This document shows positions 24,530-38,905 of a DNA stretch of 64,000 bases, in pieces (position 1 is the first letter of the stretch; each line of letters starts with the position of its first letter). The notes under the pieces were generated by a model. It worked only from the letters and a program-made list of their open reading frames with translations. It was not told the origin of the DNA and made no database searches. This DNA comes from Octopus sinensis (lineage: Eukaryota). The position numbers and the translations under genes were made by a program. Where the stretch lies: the NCBI RefSeq assembly GCF_006345805.1, contig NC_043004.1, positions 83,638,001 to 83,702,000 on the forward strand. Reading direction: 5' to 3'.

Positions 24530-24990
24530 TAGATATGAAAGAAGGTTTTAAAATGCAATTCTAAAAGATGCTTATTCACTTAACCGGTTTCACTTTTTTT
24601 AGAAAAATATTGTCAAAAGTAATATGCAACATGTGTTAAGTCCTGGTTGTCAGAAAATATTACAATACATATATACATTCTTTGATATTAATAAGAAAAT
24701 GTTAAAAACAGTTTATATGGAAAAATCTTGAGAAAATATCTAAAAATTCATTAAAAAATTAGGATTTCATTAAAAATAAGATTGTCAAAAGTAAAATAAG
24801 AAAGCCTTGTAAAAGCTTTGTAGTGTTAAATACTGGTTGTCACAAAAAAATTACAATACATATATACATTTTTTGATAATAATAAGAAAATGTTAAAAAC
24901 AGTTTACAGGAAAATCTTGAGAAAATATCAAAAAGTTCATAACAGAAATTAGGATTTCATTAAAAATCATGTTTTTTAGAAAATTATAAG
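24530..24990 (+). repeat. AT-rich interspersed repeat with an internal tandem duplication of about 170-190 bp; second copy at 60470-60680 (minus)
   Basis: attgtcaaaagtaa...ctggttgtca...tacaatacatatatacatt...aggatttcattaaaaat occurs at about 24607 and 24781. The start gaaggttttaaaatgc...cttaaccggtttca also matches the reverse complement of 60580-60670. Confidence 0.7.
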
Positions 24991-25482
24991 TTCAAAAATG
25001 TCATATTTTGGTGGTATATATATATACACAGAAGGATATATTTAGGAGTTTGCAAAGAATTTGGGATGAACTGATCTCTTTCACCATTTTATCGTAAAAG
25101 GCTATTTTCTATTTCAAGGGACAGTGCAAGAGGTTGGTTTGGGTGGAGGGAAGGAAGAGCAATGTGGAATTGAAAGGTATTTTCCTTTCTCTTTCAAGGT
25201 TCAGTGGTTTTGGGGATTGGTCTTTAGAGGTTAGAATGGTGTGAGTGTGTGTGTGTATACATGTGTTTGTGTTTGTGTGTGTGGGTCGTTTTTGATTGGT
25301 CCCAGGGTTTATTGTGATGTATGTAAATGTGTCTGTGTGTGTTTAATATTTGGTAGGATGGCGTGTGTATATGCGTGCACGTTTGTGTGTGTATGTGTGT
25401 GAACCGAATACGCTAACCACTGAGCCATGTGCCTTCACGCACACACTAATATACATGTGTATATATATATATATATATACAA

Positions 25483-26032
25483 AATAAGAAAATGGAGAAA
25501 TACACCTTAATCAATAATCAACTACCAGATAGAGAATAAAGTACAATCTAAATATGAATATCAGAGAAGGTACACCTATTCAAGAATGAGTACATATACA
25601 TAATATATAATAATACGCTTATATGTATGTGTATATTATATATAATGTATATGTACTCATTCTTGTATGGGTGTACCTTCTCTGATATTCATATTTAGAT
25701 TGTACTTTATTCCCTGAAGAGGCCTTGGGATATATTTGTAAGTGTCTCATTTATAACCACATTTTAACTCATCACACGTGGCTAATATGAGTATAATGAG
25801 ATACTCATATATACATGGCTGAAACAGCTGTAAGATATAGTTTATATTTATATTTATATTTATTTATACATATTGTACTTATTGTATCATATTACTCATT
25901 GATGTGCACTGTTTTGTTCTGTACTATTATGTTTGACCTTGATGTTCATATGTAGTTGGTTAATAAATTATGTGAATGGGTATTATCTGGTAGTTGATTA
26001 TTGATTAAGGTGTATTTCTCCATTTTCTTATT
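25483..26032 (+). mobile_element. PLE pseudo-LTR with inverted 5' portion and a hammerhead motif
   Basis: 25534-25601 is inverted at 25645-25712, and 25483-25531 is inverted at 25984-26032. Motif CTGAAGA-GGCC (25714-25724)...GGCT-GAAAC-AGCT-GTA (25817-25832). Confidence 0.75.
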
Positions 26033-26238
26033 CTGCATTATGAATTTGCGGTAAAGCATTTTACCTTCGCCCAGATAATACAATAAATGAATTAATTGCA
26101 TCGCAATTCTTAACATTTATGTATTAACTTGTTGGGTGCTTTACTGGCAGTATATTGGATATATGTTATCCCATGGTGGGTTGCACTCACAACCCCTATC
26201 TCAATTTGTAATTTATATATATATATATATTATATATA

Positions 26239-26575
<337 letters not shown>

Positions 26576-26587
26576 ATATATATATAT

Positions 26588-26830
26588 ACTCTTTACTCTT
26601 TAACTTTTACTTTTTTACTTGTTTCAGTGATTTAACTGCGGCCATGCTGGAGCACCGCCTTTAGACGATCAAATCGACCTCAGGACATTCTTTGGCAGCT
26701 TAGTACTTATTCTATCGGTCTCATTTGACGAACCGCTAAGTTACGGGAACGTAAACACGCCAGCATCGCTTGTCAAGTGTTGTTGGCGGGAGAAACACAG
26801 ACACTGTATAACACACACAAGTACACATGT
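26588..26830 (-). mobile_element. SINE family C 3' half
   Basis: tttacttgtttcagtgatttaactgcggccatgctggagcaccgcc...gaaccgctaagttacgggaacgtaaac. Confidence 0.85.
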
Positions 26831-26854
26831 ACAATTACATACAAACACACGTTT

Positions 26855-26894
<40 letters not shown>

Positions 26895-26934
26895 GAAGAA
26901 CAACAACATCAATAATAATTGTGATAAAAATCAT

Positions 26935-27145
26935 TTCTAATATGGGCATAAAGCCTGGAATTTGTGACAAGGCCAATAGCCGATTACATCACACCTCCAC
27001 TTGACAGGTAACAAATTTATCGACCACGAAAAGATGAAAGGGAAAGTCGACCTCGGCGGAATGTGATCTCAGAACGTAAAGATAGACGAAATAGCGCTAA
27101 GCATTTCACATGGCGTGCTAACGATTCCGACAGATCACCACCGCC
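26935..27145 (-). mobile_element. SINE family A
   Basis: Reverse complement has ggcggtggtgatctgtcggaatcgttagcacgcc...ttccgccgaggtcgactttccctttcatc. Confidence 0.8.
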
Positions 27146-27146
27146 T

Positions 27147-27205
<59 letters not shown>

Positions 27206-27207
<2 letters not shown>

Positions 27208-27760
27208 CCCTGATGCAGTACCAGGTAGTGGCTCTCATGGCTTCTGATCTTAACTGATTGGAAGTGATATCATGTACATTGTTTTGTCTTGGTATAAAAG
27301 ATGGGCTACAGCAAATATTCTGCTCAATACCACAGATTTGCTTGTCAGTTGTTTAACCTTAACCAGTTGAGCATGTCCCTTAGTGGCTGACGATATGTGC
27401 ATCTCTGATCACGAGCAGAAGTAGTGGGGGAGCATCATAGCCACGTGTTGAGAAGGATTCTTTGGGGTTTGAATAATTCACCTCTGGAAACATGGGTGTT
27501 TCGTTCAACGTCCTTAAACAACCCTTATTCAGGGACCTTTTGAGCGGGATGGGTTACTCGATCTGAAGAAAATTCTAACTGAGCCCTACCTGCAAGGTCA
27601 TGTGCTGTTTATCTTGATATGAGATCACCATGTCGCGCACATATGTTTGTGATGCATGTGCCTGGTGTACCCTTATCAGACGGGTAGTCATGATGGGTAT
27701 ACTGGGCTTCGTATATTTTACCCCAGTGTCACTTTGATGGCATGCTCTGCTTGCTCACTC
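27206..27760. repeat. About 555-bp non-coding insert between two (AAT)n tracts, probably an interspersed repeat
   Basis: GC-richer block from gccctgatgcagtacc to gcttgctcactc, flanked by (AAT)n at about 27148-27205 and 27761-27800. I recall it as an abundant octopus repeat; class unresolved. Confidence 0.55.
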
Positions 27761-28904
27761 AATAATAATAATAATAATAATAATAATATAATAATAATAA
27801 TAGCAATAATAACAACAACGAAAGCAGAAACAAAAACAACAGTAATAGTAATAATATAAGAACGTTGGATAAAATATATACATATATATTCGTGAGAGAG
27901 GGGGAGAGGGAGGGAGATATATACACACCAATCTCAGTAATATATATATATATATATATAATAGAGAAAGAAATCCATTTGAAACATAAACCTATAAGCC
28001 CTTGTATGTTTGTGTTCGTACGTGTATGAAAAGATAACGGTTGCGCAACAATTGTTTTTAAATATCGTCTCCGTATATTTATACATATAACAATTAAATC
28101 ATATATTTTATAGAATTCAATACCGCAGAGGATAAATTAGATTCTCCAAAATAGGCTTTACTCTAATCTGACGTTTATAGAAATTGGCAATGCCGGAAAT
28201 TTTAGGAAAATCAATTAGTGTTCGAAATTAGAATTTAAATATCCTATATATCTGGTTGAAATTTTTCATTTAAATTTCAATACAATTTACAGAAAGAATC
28301 ACTGCAAACTAGGTATTAGCTCTTCCTCTGTCCACCGTATTTAAAATACCTATTAAGCTTGATATTAGTAAAATAAACGAGAAAATATTTCGAAGATATT
28401 TGCTATTAAAGAATTAAAGGGATTTCTTAATAGTTTGTCTGCTGTTGTCTAATCCGATCAGGACAAATACCACTTTCGTACAGCAAATATATCTTATAAT
28501 TACGTTCCCTAATTAATGTGTATATGAAATTAATTCTCTCCTTCACCCGCTTAATACGCCTTTTAGAGATTCTTCATCTATGCCAAACGGAAGATTTTTC
28601 TCGTTTCTACGCAATATTTTTGACTTTTATATTCATTTTCCCATTAATATATTCATAGTAAACACACAGCGATGTAGACATAAATACACATACATGAATG
28701 CATGTCAAAATGCAGGTAGATACAGCAAGGGTGCATAATGAAGAAGTTTCTTTCGTATTCTCCAGTTTCCAGGTTCGATCTCACGGTATGGTACCAACAC
28801 GAATGTCATTTCTTTCATTTTCATATCAACCATACACACATACACACAGGCACACGCACACACCACACACATACACACACACACACTCACATATATATGT
28901 ATGC

Positions 28905-29520
<616 letters not shown>

Positions 29521-29759
29521 CCCACTTCCAGAAGTGTGAAGCAGTTTGGTTCCAGTTAGCGAGACTTGAAGTAGTACGGAAACCGAATCAAACTATAAAC
29601 TATAAATAATATATGTAACCCCTACTAAATTTGTTGAGTACCTCTTTCATTCTTTTGTCGACACACTTGTATATAAAGATGCGTGTGGGGCGGGGATACG
29701 TGCGTACGCGTCAGGTGTTTATGCAAAAATATGACACGTTTTAAATACAAAGCGATTTC

Positions 29760-30560
29760 TTCAGTCAATGATACGATTACCCTTTCCTTTTGTAATCTAG
29801 CGGGCAGATCCATTATTCCGTGCCGAAAGAATTTCCAGTTTTTCCTGGCGAACAACTATTCCAGATCAACTTTTATATCCGCCTGAGGTTTGAAGATCAG
29901 TCATTTCAATTAATTTTAAAGATACTGAAACGTGGAAATTTGAATGCTGAAGGTTGAGCAAATACGGAAAGCACATTGAACGCCTGATGCGGTGAAGCAC
30001 AGCCGTGATGAAAGACAATGCCTATACTATTATCCAGTACTTGACAATTTGGTAGATTGATGTATTTAATTTGTCAAGCTATTCACAATATACACGTGAA
30101 TTCATGGTTCTGTCCTTGAGAAGACTCTCATAAAAGATAACACTTCAAATCCCATCAAATTAAAACCATAAACTTCTTGGAGTGGAATCTTGCTTTGATG
30201 GTTCACCGCTCTTCCCTCATGACCGTTTGCACTTCGCATTGTTATAGACGGTCCATTCTTTTGATACCAGCCGCCATTCTCTCCTAAGAGAGAATCGCCT
30301 CTTCATGTATCCGCAACGAATCACAGATGGAAATCTGGTAGGCCTCGCTGTTATTAATTATTCGATTCATGCGAGACCAAATGTTGTGACTGCTGACGTA
30401 ACCAAGTTGGCGCAGATTGGTTTCAATATCCGGTTTGGATATTTGGAAAATAAACACAATCACTCTGTTTGTATAACGGAGTTCGGTTAATCTTACTTGA
30501 TCGGCTAGAGTGAGCAGCATCTTCGACCAAAATATTTCCCAATTGAAATCATGGAAACCA
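29760..30560 (-). mobile_element. Mariner (Tc1/mariner) transposase pseudogene, catalytic and C-terminal part
   Basis: Fragments ISICDSL, W.VYNN.K.KRS, HSKKFM..I*WD, TMNSRVYCE*LDKL, IVFHH, DIK.DLE*LFARKNWKFFRHGIMDLPARLQK follow the mariner order, with many stops and indels. Confidence 0.75.
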
Positions 30561-30889
30561 CATCTGACACAGCATTTTCTCTGCTCTCAACACATAATCA
30601 TACAGGTTTCCATTGCTTTCTTGCACATATATACATACATGCATACATATAAAATTTATACGTATATACAAACACATACGTACATAAATATATATATATA
30701 TATGTGTGTATGTATATAATGAAATGCTATTCGGTACAAACTGATTTGCAATAGCGTTGCATTCAGAACATCCATCCATCAGTTAGCATTACAGAGTACT
30801 GAACACAATTTTAAGACACCCTCTTGATTCAAGAATTTATAAATCCAAAATATACCGTGTCCTGCTCTTCCAGGAACAAGCATTATGTT

Positions 30890-30936
<47 letters not shown>

Positions 30937-30937
30937 G

Positions 30938-31009
<72 letters not shown>

Positions 31010-31080
31010 TACTATTATTGCTTCTGCTACCATTAATACTGCTGCCGTTTCTGCTGCTGCTTCTACTACTACTAATACCA
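30890..31080. repeat. Compound (TAC)n-(TGC)n-(TAC)n trinucleotide repeat with degenerate extension
   Basis: Directly visible. Confidence 0.95.
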
Positions 31081-33552
31081 AAGCTAATATCCTGTATAAT
31101 TACCATTTAAAATTATATTACAGTACCGTATTTCAGCACTCGAAGAGTACGGTGTCTCATACATTTTAATTGCCTTTTCCTTGCACGTGCATTTTTCTGC
31201 TTCTTCATTCTTCCTCTTGTCTCTGTGAATTGACCAAGAATACTTTACATTTTGTCTTTTCTGTACAAGGTATGTGGCATCTCTCATCTATTTCTTTTGT
31301 CTCGACAGTGTTTGGCTGACTCTTACCGCAGTTGCGGAACAGACACTCATTGATAAATTGACGGTTGTACTGTAATATATGACACATATATTTCTATAAA
31401 TGTATTAAAATTATGAGTCTTGACATTCTAAATAATTCTGTTATCCACATCTTATTGTGTTCGAGCAATGCATCTTACTAATACTGGACAGCCTATAGAC
31501 AATCCACTGGAATAATTACAATACCATTGGAAATGGTGAATTATTATGGAACCAGTTGAAATATGATGCATATATGAACAAGTTATCTTCCTTTCAACTA
31601 GAAATTATTGAAGTCCATTGATCTACTTAAAGTTTATTAGACATTAGTGCTTTATTTCCATTGAAATAATAATTACGAACGCTACTTCTAACCAATCAGA
31701 ATAGAGTGACGATTCAGGACCGCTTGAGTATGATATCTTTCATCAGATCTATTAAACTAAAAACAGCAGACGTCTTTTGATGTTTAATGATAGTTATGGC
31801 ATTTAATTTATTTGTGAAAAATGGTTTATTCATTAATTGCACTTATCAAGAAATGTGTAGGAGAGACAAAATTAAACTTTTAGTTAAAGATGAAAAATAT
31901 AGAACGGCAGATTTGGTAGAGAACGGAAATTATATCTTTGCAAAATTATAATACACTATAATGAGTTTCGAGATCAAATTCCATAGAATAAAATTCTATT
32001 TTCATTTCACTAGAATTAACGATATAGATATCAGTCGCATATCTGAGATTTTACACTTTCACTGAGCAATAGAGATGATTTATTCCGCATCCTTTTGCCC
32101 TGGAAAGTGTCCTTGTCAAAAATTATGGCCTGTTTCAAACGTCTATGTTCAGGAAGTATTAAATTCATCGGTTTCCTTAAACACGTACATGGACACAAAC
32201 ACATATTTCACCTACATATGTTTCCTGCTATTTAAAAGAAAATTATTTGAAAACTTCTAACAAGAACCAAGAATGCATTTTGTGCTCCTAATAGTTCCCC
32301 AAAACGTTTTTTTTTTACTGATGTTGAAAAGGGAAAATATTATTTGAGTTATTATATTACTAACCAATATACTGGTTTGTGATAGATTGTTGGAATGGAT
32401 AGAATATCGAAGAAATCATTTTCTGATCTTACTTCAATTATTGAGTCCAATTTCTGCTGAGGTAATTATTTTCCTTTCACACTTGTCCATTCGATGAACT
32501 AAAATATCAGTAAATCCACGAGGTTGCTTTATTACAATTAAGCCTTCTCACCTTATGTGTGACCATATGCTTGTATTAGAGATGAATATTCCTATTATAA
32601 TAACCTTTCGGTGTCGAGTTAAGTCTCTTTAGTTCCTGGTTGAACAGTACTCAGCTGTTGCTAAATAGACGAACCAGCACACCGGATTCATAAAATCAGT
32701 GACGTACTGGAGACATTTGAATTAAAACATACCTTCATCCCTGCATTCATGGCTTTCTGCTGGAGATTTAAATGATTGTTATTGTCTGTTTTCACTCTCT
32801 ATTTTTCAGAACATCACTCTGACACAGAAGGTTATCGATTGTAGAAGTGGATATGCGTTGCATAACAGCATACTTTTGTTATCTCGGTTCGTATTTTGAA
32901 GTTTGTTAAAAGTATGTTAATGAACCAACCGTTCTTGTTTATTGTGACATTATTATAATTAATAGTACTGCAACACAATTGCGTAAGATATGCATTATGT
33001 AACTTTTGTAATCTTGCTTAGAAACGTGCTCAGAGTCTATAATTGTTATTTTGCATGTGCTTCGTATGTTATTTATCACAGCGTGTTCCCCCGCTATTGT
33101 TAGTAGCATTTTCGCTTTCATACTTCTTTATATCCCTTACAAAACAATTGAACTTTGATAGATTTTCAGAACCTTTTGAATCACATTTTATTGAGAAAGT
33201 GCTGCAATGTTCACCAGAGTTCGCAGGTCTTCCTTTCAGTCTGTTATTATGTGTGGTAGGTTGGCTTTGATCTTCTTTCTGATCTGGACAACTATGCGCT
33301 TGAATACTGTAATCATATCATTGTCAAATACCGGATATAGTGAGCGCCATTTTTTTTCACCATTATATTTAGTTTTAATGTGAAACCCTTTAGATAAGGC
33401 GCAATGGCTACTCCTTACCTATCATGTTTATGAATAAACACATATATAAACACATATATAAACACATACACATACATTTGCGCACGCACACACATACAAA
33501 TACTGACACTAAAACACACACACAGATACGCACACACACATATATGTGTATA

Positions 33553-33583
<31 letters not shown>

Positions 33584-33673
33584 TTATATATATGTATATC
33601 TATATGTACATATATCTATCTATCTATCTATATATATATATATATATATATACATATATATGTATATATATGT

Positions 33674-33713
<40 letters not shown>

Positions 33714-35367
33714 TATATATATATACACTCGCATACACACGTATATTGCATATATTGCGAAGTCTGTAGAACTGTACAGACAGAAATAAGCATCATCGAT
33801 TGTTTTTCTTTGTGGTGATTGCCTGGTTGGTTCTCACCCCTTTTTATTATTCTTGTCTATGTATCGATCTTGTGCAGTTAAGTCAAAACTTCCATTTATC
33901 CCCTAATCCAGAACCTTTGAGCTATTGTTGGCTCATTTCTTTTTTTATTCACTTCTGCCTGATACTAGCGACGAATATATATCTCTCTTTCTTCATGGCT
34001 GTGTCTTTTTTAGTTTCGGATTCTTGCTAGTTTTTGTATTCTCATAGGTATTTCTCTTTTTGTTTTGTCTATAACCCACAGTTTCTTCAATATCCAGTCT
34101 TATTTTTTCTTTATATATAGAGAAAACTCTATTTGGTCTTTTCATGTTTTATTATGCAAATAATTTACCCTTTGCTTCTTCTTTCTCAACCATGTCTAGT
34201 TATTTTGAATTATGTTTCTATTTATGTTCAACACCTTTTTGCTTCTGCAGGCTGTAGACGTTATCCATTTCTATTACCGTTCACAAACTGGATGTGGAAT
34301 ACGCTGTCTCAGTTTATGCCCTATCTACCTAAACTATTTAGTTCGTTTTTTAAGTATTTCATTTAAAAATACTTCTCGTATTCTGTAGTATATAACTGCT
34401 GAAATTAAGCAATATTTTTTAGTAATTTCACAAACACGGTTTTGTATCTAGTACATTATACTAAGTAGAAAACTTCAAGTATATATGTTCACAGTTAGAC
34501 GATTCCATTTATTATCATTGCTTATTAGGGTAATCAGGGATAGAATCACATCCAGCTTGATTTGTATAGGTAGTCAATGAATACTGGTTTGGTATTCCAT
34601 GGTTAATGCTATGCAGGCGGAATTTACCGCTCCGTTTTCTTATTACATAATCCATTATTCAGTCCTGAAGCTTTGATTGATTTCATTCGACGAAACTTTT
34701 ATATTTCTATATGCAATTCCTTTTCATTTAACAAATTGTCAACCACTTTGATATGGGTTATAATATCTGAACGTTTTAAGATATATATAGATCCGGTTTA
34801 ACCTTAAATTTTACAGTTATAGTTCATTGGTATGCTACCACAGTGTGATCACTCTTCTCAGAGATTTTCATCACAGAATTTCTAATAAAGCAGCTGTGTA
34901 TGAACCGCTTAGTTTGTGGAATAAATTTTCTCTCAGGCGTGCAGAGAAAATTCTGGTAACTAGGCCACAGCTAACATGCTGGTTCACTATAAAGAGTGTA
35001 TAAATAGACTTTTAATGTTAAAATACAAATTGGATGATTATTTCGAAAAACGGGTGGGACATGTGCATCTTTTAATTACATTTAATATGTATTTATTTGG
35101 ATCAGAGAAACTGGAGGAGGTCGCGTCTTTCGTGAATTATAGTTTACGTTTGTCTTGACCATTTTTGCAGTACCTTTGTTGCCACAAAAGTGATCCTAGA
35201 AAGATCTATTCCGGTAGACGATACGAAGGGGTTTTTTGTGTGTTACTCATCAGCCTTCAACACGACTATCATTAACAAGTGACAAATGTCCGCAGGCACG
35301 TAGTTGTCTGTATTTTGTATTAATGTGAATACATAACTACATTCATACATACATATATATGTATGTG

Positions 35368-35409
<42 letters not shown>

Positions 35410-35462
35410 AGTGTGTGTATATATATGTATGTAATGTATCTATCTATCTATCTATCTATCTA

Positions 35463-35502
<40 letters not shown>

Positions 35503-35519
35503 AATAAATATATATATAT

Positions 35520-35548
<29 letters not shown>

Positions 35549-35551
<3 letters not shown>

Positions 35552-35855
35552 CACTGTGATCACCCTGATCGACCAGGCTATCAGATGTTGCTACACATCG
35601 GTGGTCACAATGCGCTTCGCATTGTTTTTAGCCTTCAAATGACGCCACCCCGCTGGCTAAGTGAGCAGGCCAACAGAAGAAAGAGTGAGAGAAAGTTGTG
35701 GCGAAAGAGTACAGCAGGGACCGCCACATTCCCTGCGGGAGCCTCGTGGGGCTTTAGGTGTTTTCGCTCAATAAACACTCACAACGCCTGGTCTGGGAAT
35801 CGAAACCGCGATCCTACGACCGCGAGTCCGCTGCCCTAACCACTGGGCCATTGCC
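35549..35855 (-). mobile_element. SINE family B2, full length
   Basis: Reverse complement of 28905-29196 with fewer changes. Both ends abut (TA)n. Confidence 0.9.
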
Positions 35856-35862
35856 CCCCCCC

Positions 35863-35910
<48 letters not shown>

Positions 35911-36157
35911 CTCTTATTTTTTCTCCTAATGTATTTCCTTTTGATGATAGCCTTTGACCCCTCTATCCCTGACCTTATTATCTCTTTAGATTCTCATATC
36001 TGCTTTCAGCTACGTCAGGTTGGCAATAAATAGCTGTTTACTGGTCAAAAATAATATTCTCCTTATAGTTCTTAGATTCCTGCAAATTCGAAGCCAGCCA
36101 GGCGTCACCTGCGACCCCTTTCCCTCTCAGTTGTCGCAGTATACTCTATGTGGGCGT

Positions 36158-36318
36158 TTTTTTCTTTTCTCCCTTCTTCCCCTTTTTTCCTTTTTTCTTT
36201 TTCTTTTTTTTCTTTTCTTCTCCCCTTTTTCTTTTTTCTTTTCCTTTTTCTTTTTTCTTTTTCTTTTTTTCCTTTTCCTTGTCTCTTTTCTTCTCTTTCC
36301 TTTCTTTTCTTTTCTTTG
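36158..36318. repeat. Polypyrimidine (TTTTC/TTC) low-complexity tract
   Basis: Directly visible. Confidence 0.9.
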
Positions 36319-38699
36319 CTCCACAAAAATTCCATCAGCCTTTAGAAGTCATAACATAGCAGTCTTGTGAAGAGAACAGTAATGTGACAAATACCTTATC
36401 ATATAGCATGAAATTATACCCACCTCATTGTGGATTGACCATGGATAAATTCATCGTCTGTGAGTATGAAATTCCTCCTCATATCTCTGGAATTTTGCAT
36501 CTACACTACGGATTAATTCACCTTCTCTGTGAAGCTAAGAAGCTTTTTTTAAAAACCTGTGATAAGACTGTGCATCATCATTAAAGAAGTTCGGAAGTCT
36601 GTTTATAACCTAAATCTGCTTTTAATGAAATTATCTCCAATACTTCATGAGTGTAGCCTCACCCACTAAGATGTTTGGAGAACTCATATGTGTTTTAGCT
36701 GATGAGTACGGGACACTTTTATCTGCTGCAATATTTGCAACTTGTAATAAAGCCTGTCTTTGTATGAAACAATTGTACTAAAAACTAATCCATTCTTGTT
36801 GCTTCTTTCTCGTTTATAATCACCCCACATTACTGTATGGTTAACACCATATAGTTTTCTGGTGCATCTAAGTTAAGTACCGCATTCAAGTAAATTCATT
36901 AGAATTGACTTGAATCTAAATTGTTTTTATATATATATATACAACAATTAGTGAGGTATTATGAATTCGGGAAAATACTCTCAGTTAGCACACCAGGCTT
37001 ACAATATTACATAGATTAGTGAAGAACTCCAAATAATTTTTTAGTAGAGTCCAAGGTTATGGTTCATCACAATTCTATATTGTAAATCCGTGGATGTGCT
37101 CCAGGCAAACTGGCTTTTACACGCAGTTATATATAAGAAACAAGTTAACGGAGATATACGTAAAATTGTCCAGTTTATTCATCATATTATATATTCATGC
37201 TTCTGTAATGAGATATCCTCTGTAGGTGGATGATATTAAATAAACCGTTAAATGATAATATAATGCAAATTAGCCACTCCAGGTCTCTGAAGATACTGCA
37301 TTTGCTGTGTATATAGACTGAGCAGTTCCTTGTTCCTCTGGAAGTGATGAGGTGATATAGACACATCTGATGAGACACCAATAAGTTTCGAAACACCTAT
37401 ATAAATCTGTTCATTAATCACTTCAATCTAGGGAGACATAATTAAATTTGCGTTGCTTATATACCTACTGCATAAGAGTCTTATATACTTTTTACTTGCT
37501 TCTTTCACTAGACCATGGCCTTCCTTCGGCACCGCTTTGAAGACGTTTTTGACGAATGAATCGACCGGGCGCAGTACTGTAGGCCGGGTTTTCTAGGCAT
37601 GATTTTTTAAAGAAACATCTCAAACGTACGGAGCTTTAAGTAGCACTTAATTATATGGTGTTTACATTAAACAATATTTTATCGATGAACAGACAGATAA
37701 CATTTTTTTCTTGATTTTACCTGTACGGAAAAGTAAACTACATATATGTGTGTGTGGTGTGTGTGTGTGTGTTTGTATATGTATATATACATTCACACAC
37801 ACACAGAAACACACAAATATATGTAACATGAAATCTGTTACAGAATTTAGTGTTGGTCACTAAGAAACGGCATAATATACATAGTTGCACAAAAGAACCA
37901 GACTGACATAGTATGCAATGCTTAGTGGTAATCGTATAATGTGGACTCTGTGAAATATTGTCGGTTATTGGCAATATTTGCATGATTTGTTCTGTAAATA
38001 ATACGATTATGTATTGTTCTATATATTCAATGACAATTTTACACGGAATATATAATCACACGTTTAAAGTATTAGCAGAAATATGAATGTCGTTCACTTC
38101 CCTATAGGCCTATTTTTATTCTCAAAGCTGTATCAAAAGCTTAAATTTCGTATTCGCTGGAATTGCGAAGCCAAATTGCTGCTATAAATTCTAGGACTAA
38201 ACAATTTTGTCATTCAGACACTTGTATGGATTCCTGTGCATGTTAAGTATACACACTTATATATTTTACTTATATTACACGGTTTAATCTACGGTTTCTT
38301 AATGAGCGAAATGTGTATAAATTACCACGTAAACATTAGGTGATATAAAACGGTATTATCGCAGTTAGTATTTAATGTACTGCCTGCAGATTTACAAGTA
38401 CCTCTAGTGATTGCAATCATTTTCTTAGCTCCAAAATACTTTTGTGTTCCATTCAAGAAGTATATTGTCAAATGCATTAATACACATGTTACTCCCTGTA
38501 TTTTAAATTGAAGTTTGCGCCTTCCACAAGATTGCCGTCCCTTTGAAGAATTTAAAATACAAATATTTAAGGGCTTGACTGATATAAAATGTAGATTAAA
38601 ATCTACGGTTAGCTCATAGCTATCCTCTTAAATTTTGTTAATGAATTGTAGTGTTAAATCCTAATTTATTTCCAAATACCGATTGATGTAACAGATTTG

Positions 38700-38905
38700 A
38701 TTGATTGACCTGACGTAGTTCTCAGGAAGATTCAGCGTGACACAGACTGTAACACGGTTGTTCCTTTGGGAAAAAAAGGTACTAGTAATTTCTGCCAGCT
38801 GAGTTGACTAGGGCAATGTGAAATAAAGTGTTTGCTTAAGGACAAAGGCGCGACGTCGAGAATAGAACTTGCAATCTGACGATCCACTAAGCTACGTGCC
38901 TTCAT
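38700..38905 (-). mobile_element. Degenerate tRNA-derived SINE with B1-type 3' segment and a different middle
   Basis: gtagttctcaggaagattcagcgtgacacag (B1 body) is followed by cagctgagttgactagggcaatgtgaaataaagtgtttgcttaaggaca and a head remnant ccactaagctacgtgccttca. Confidence 0.6.

Noticed and set aside
37357-37400. CTGATGA-GAC...GTTTC-GAAAC hammerhead-like string
   Set aside because: Only two stem II pairs, no stem III partner or NUH triplet, and no PLE context. Probably chance.
36330-37420. Coding-looking fragments on the minus strand (for example FIQRQALLQVANIAADK, HFQRNKELLSLYTQQMQYLQRPG)
   Set aside because: Frames are short, stop-ridden and match no family I recognise. A pseudogene or viral call cannot be supported without a search.
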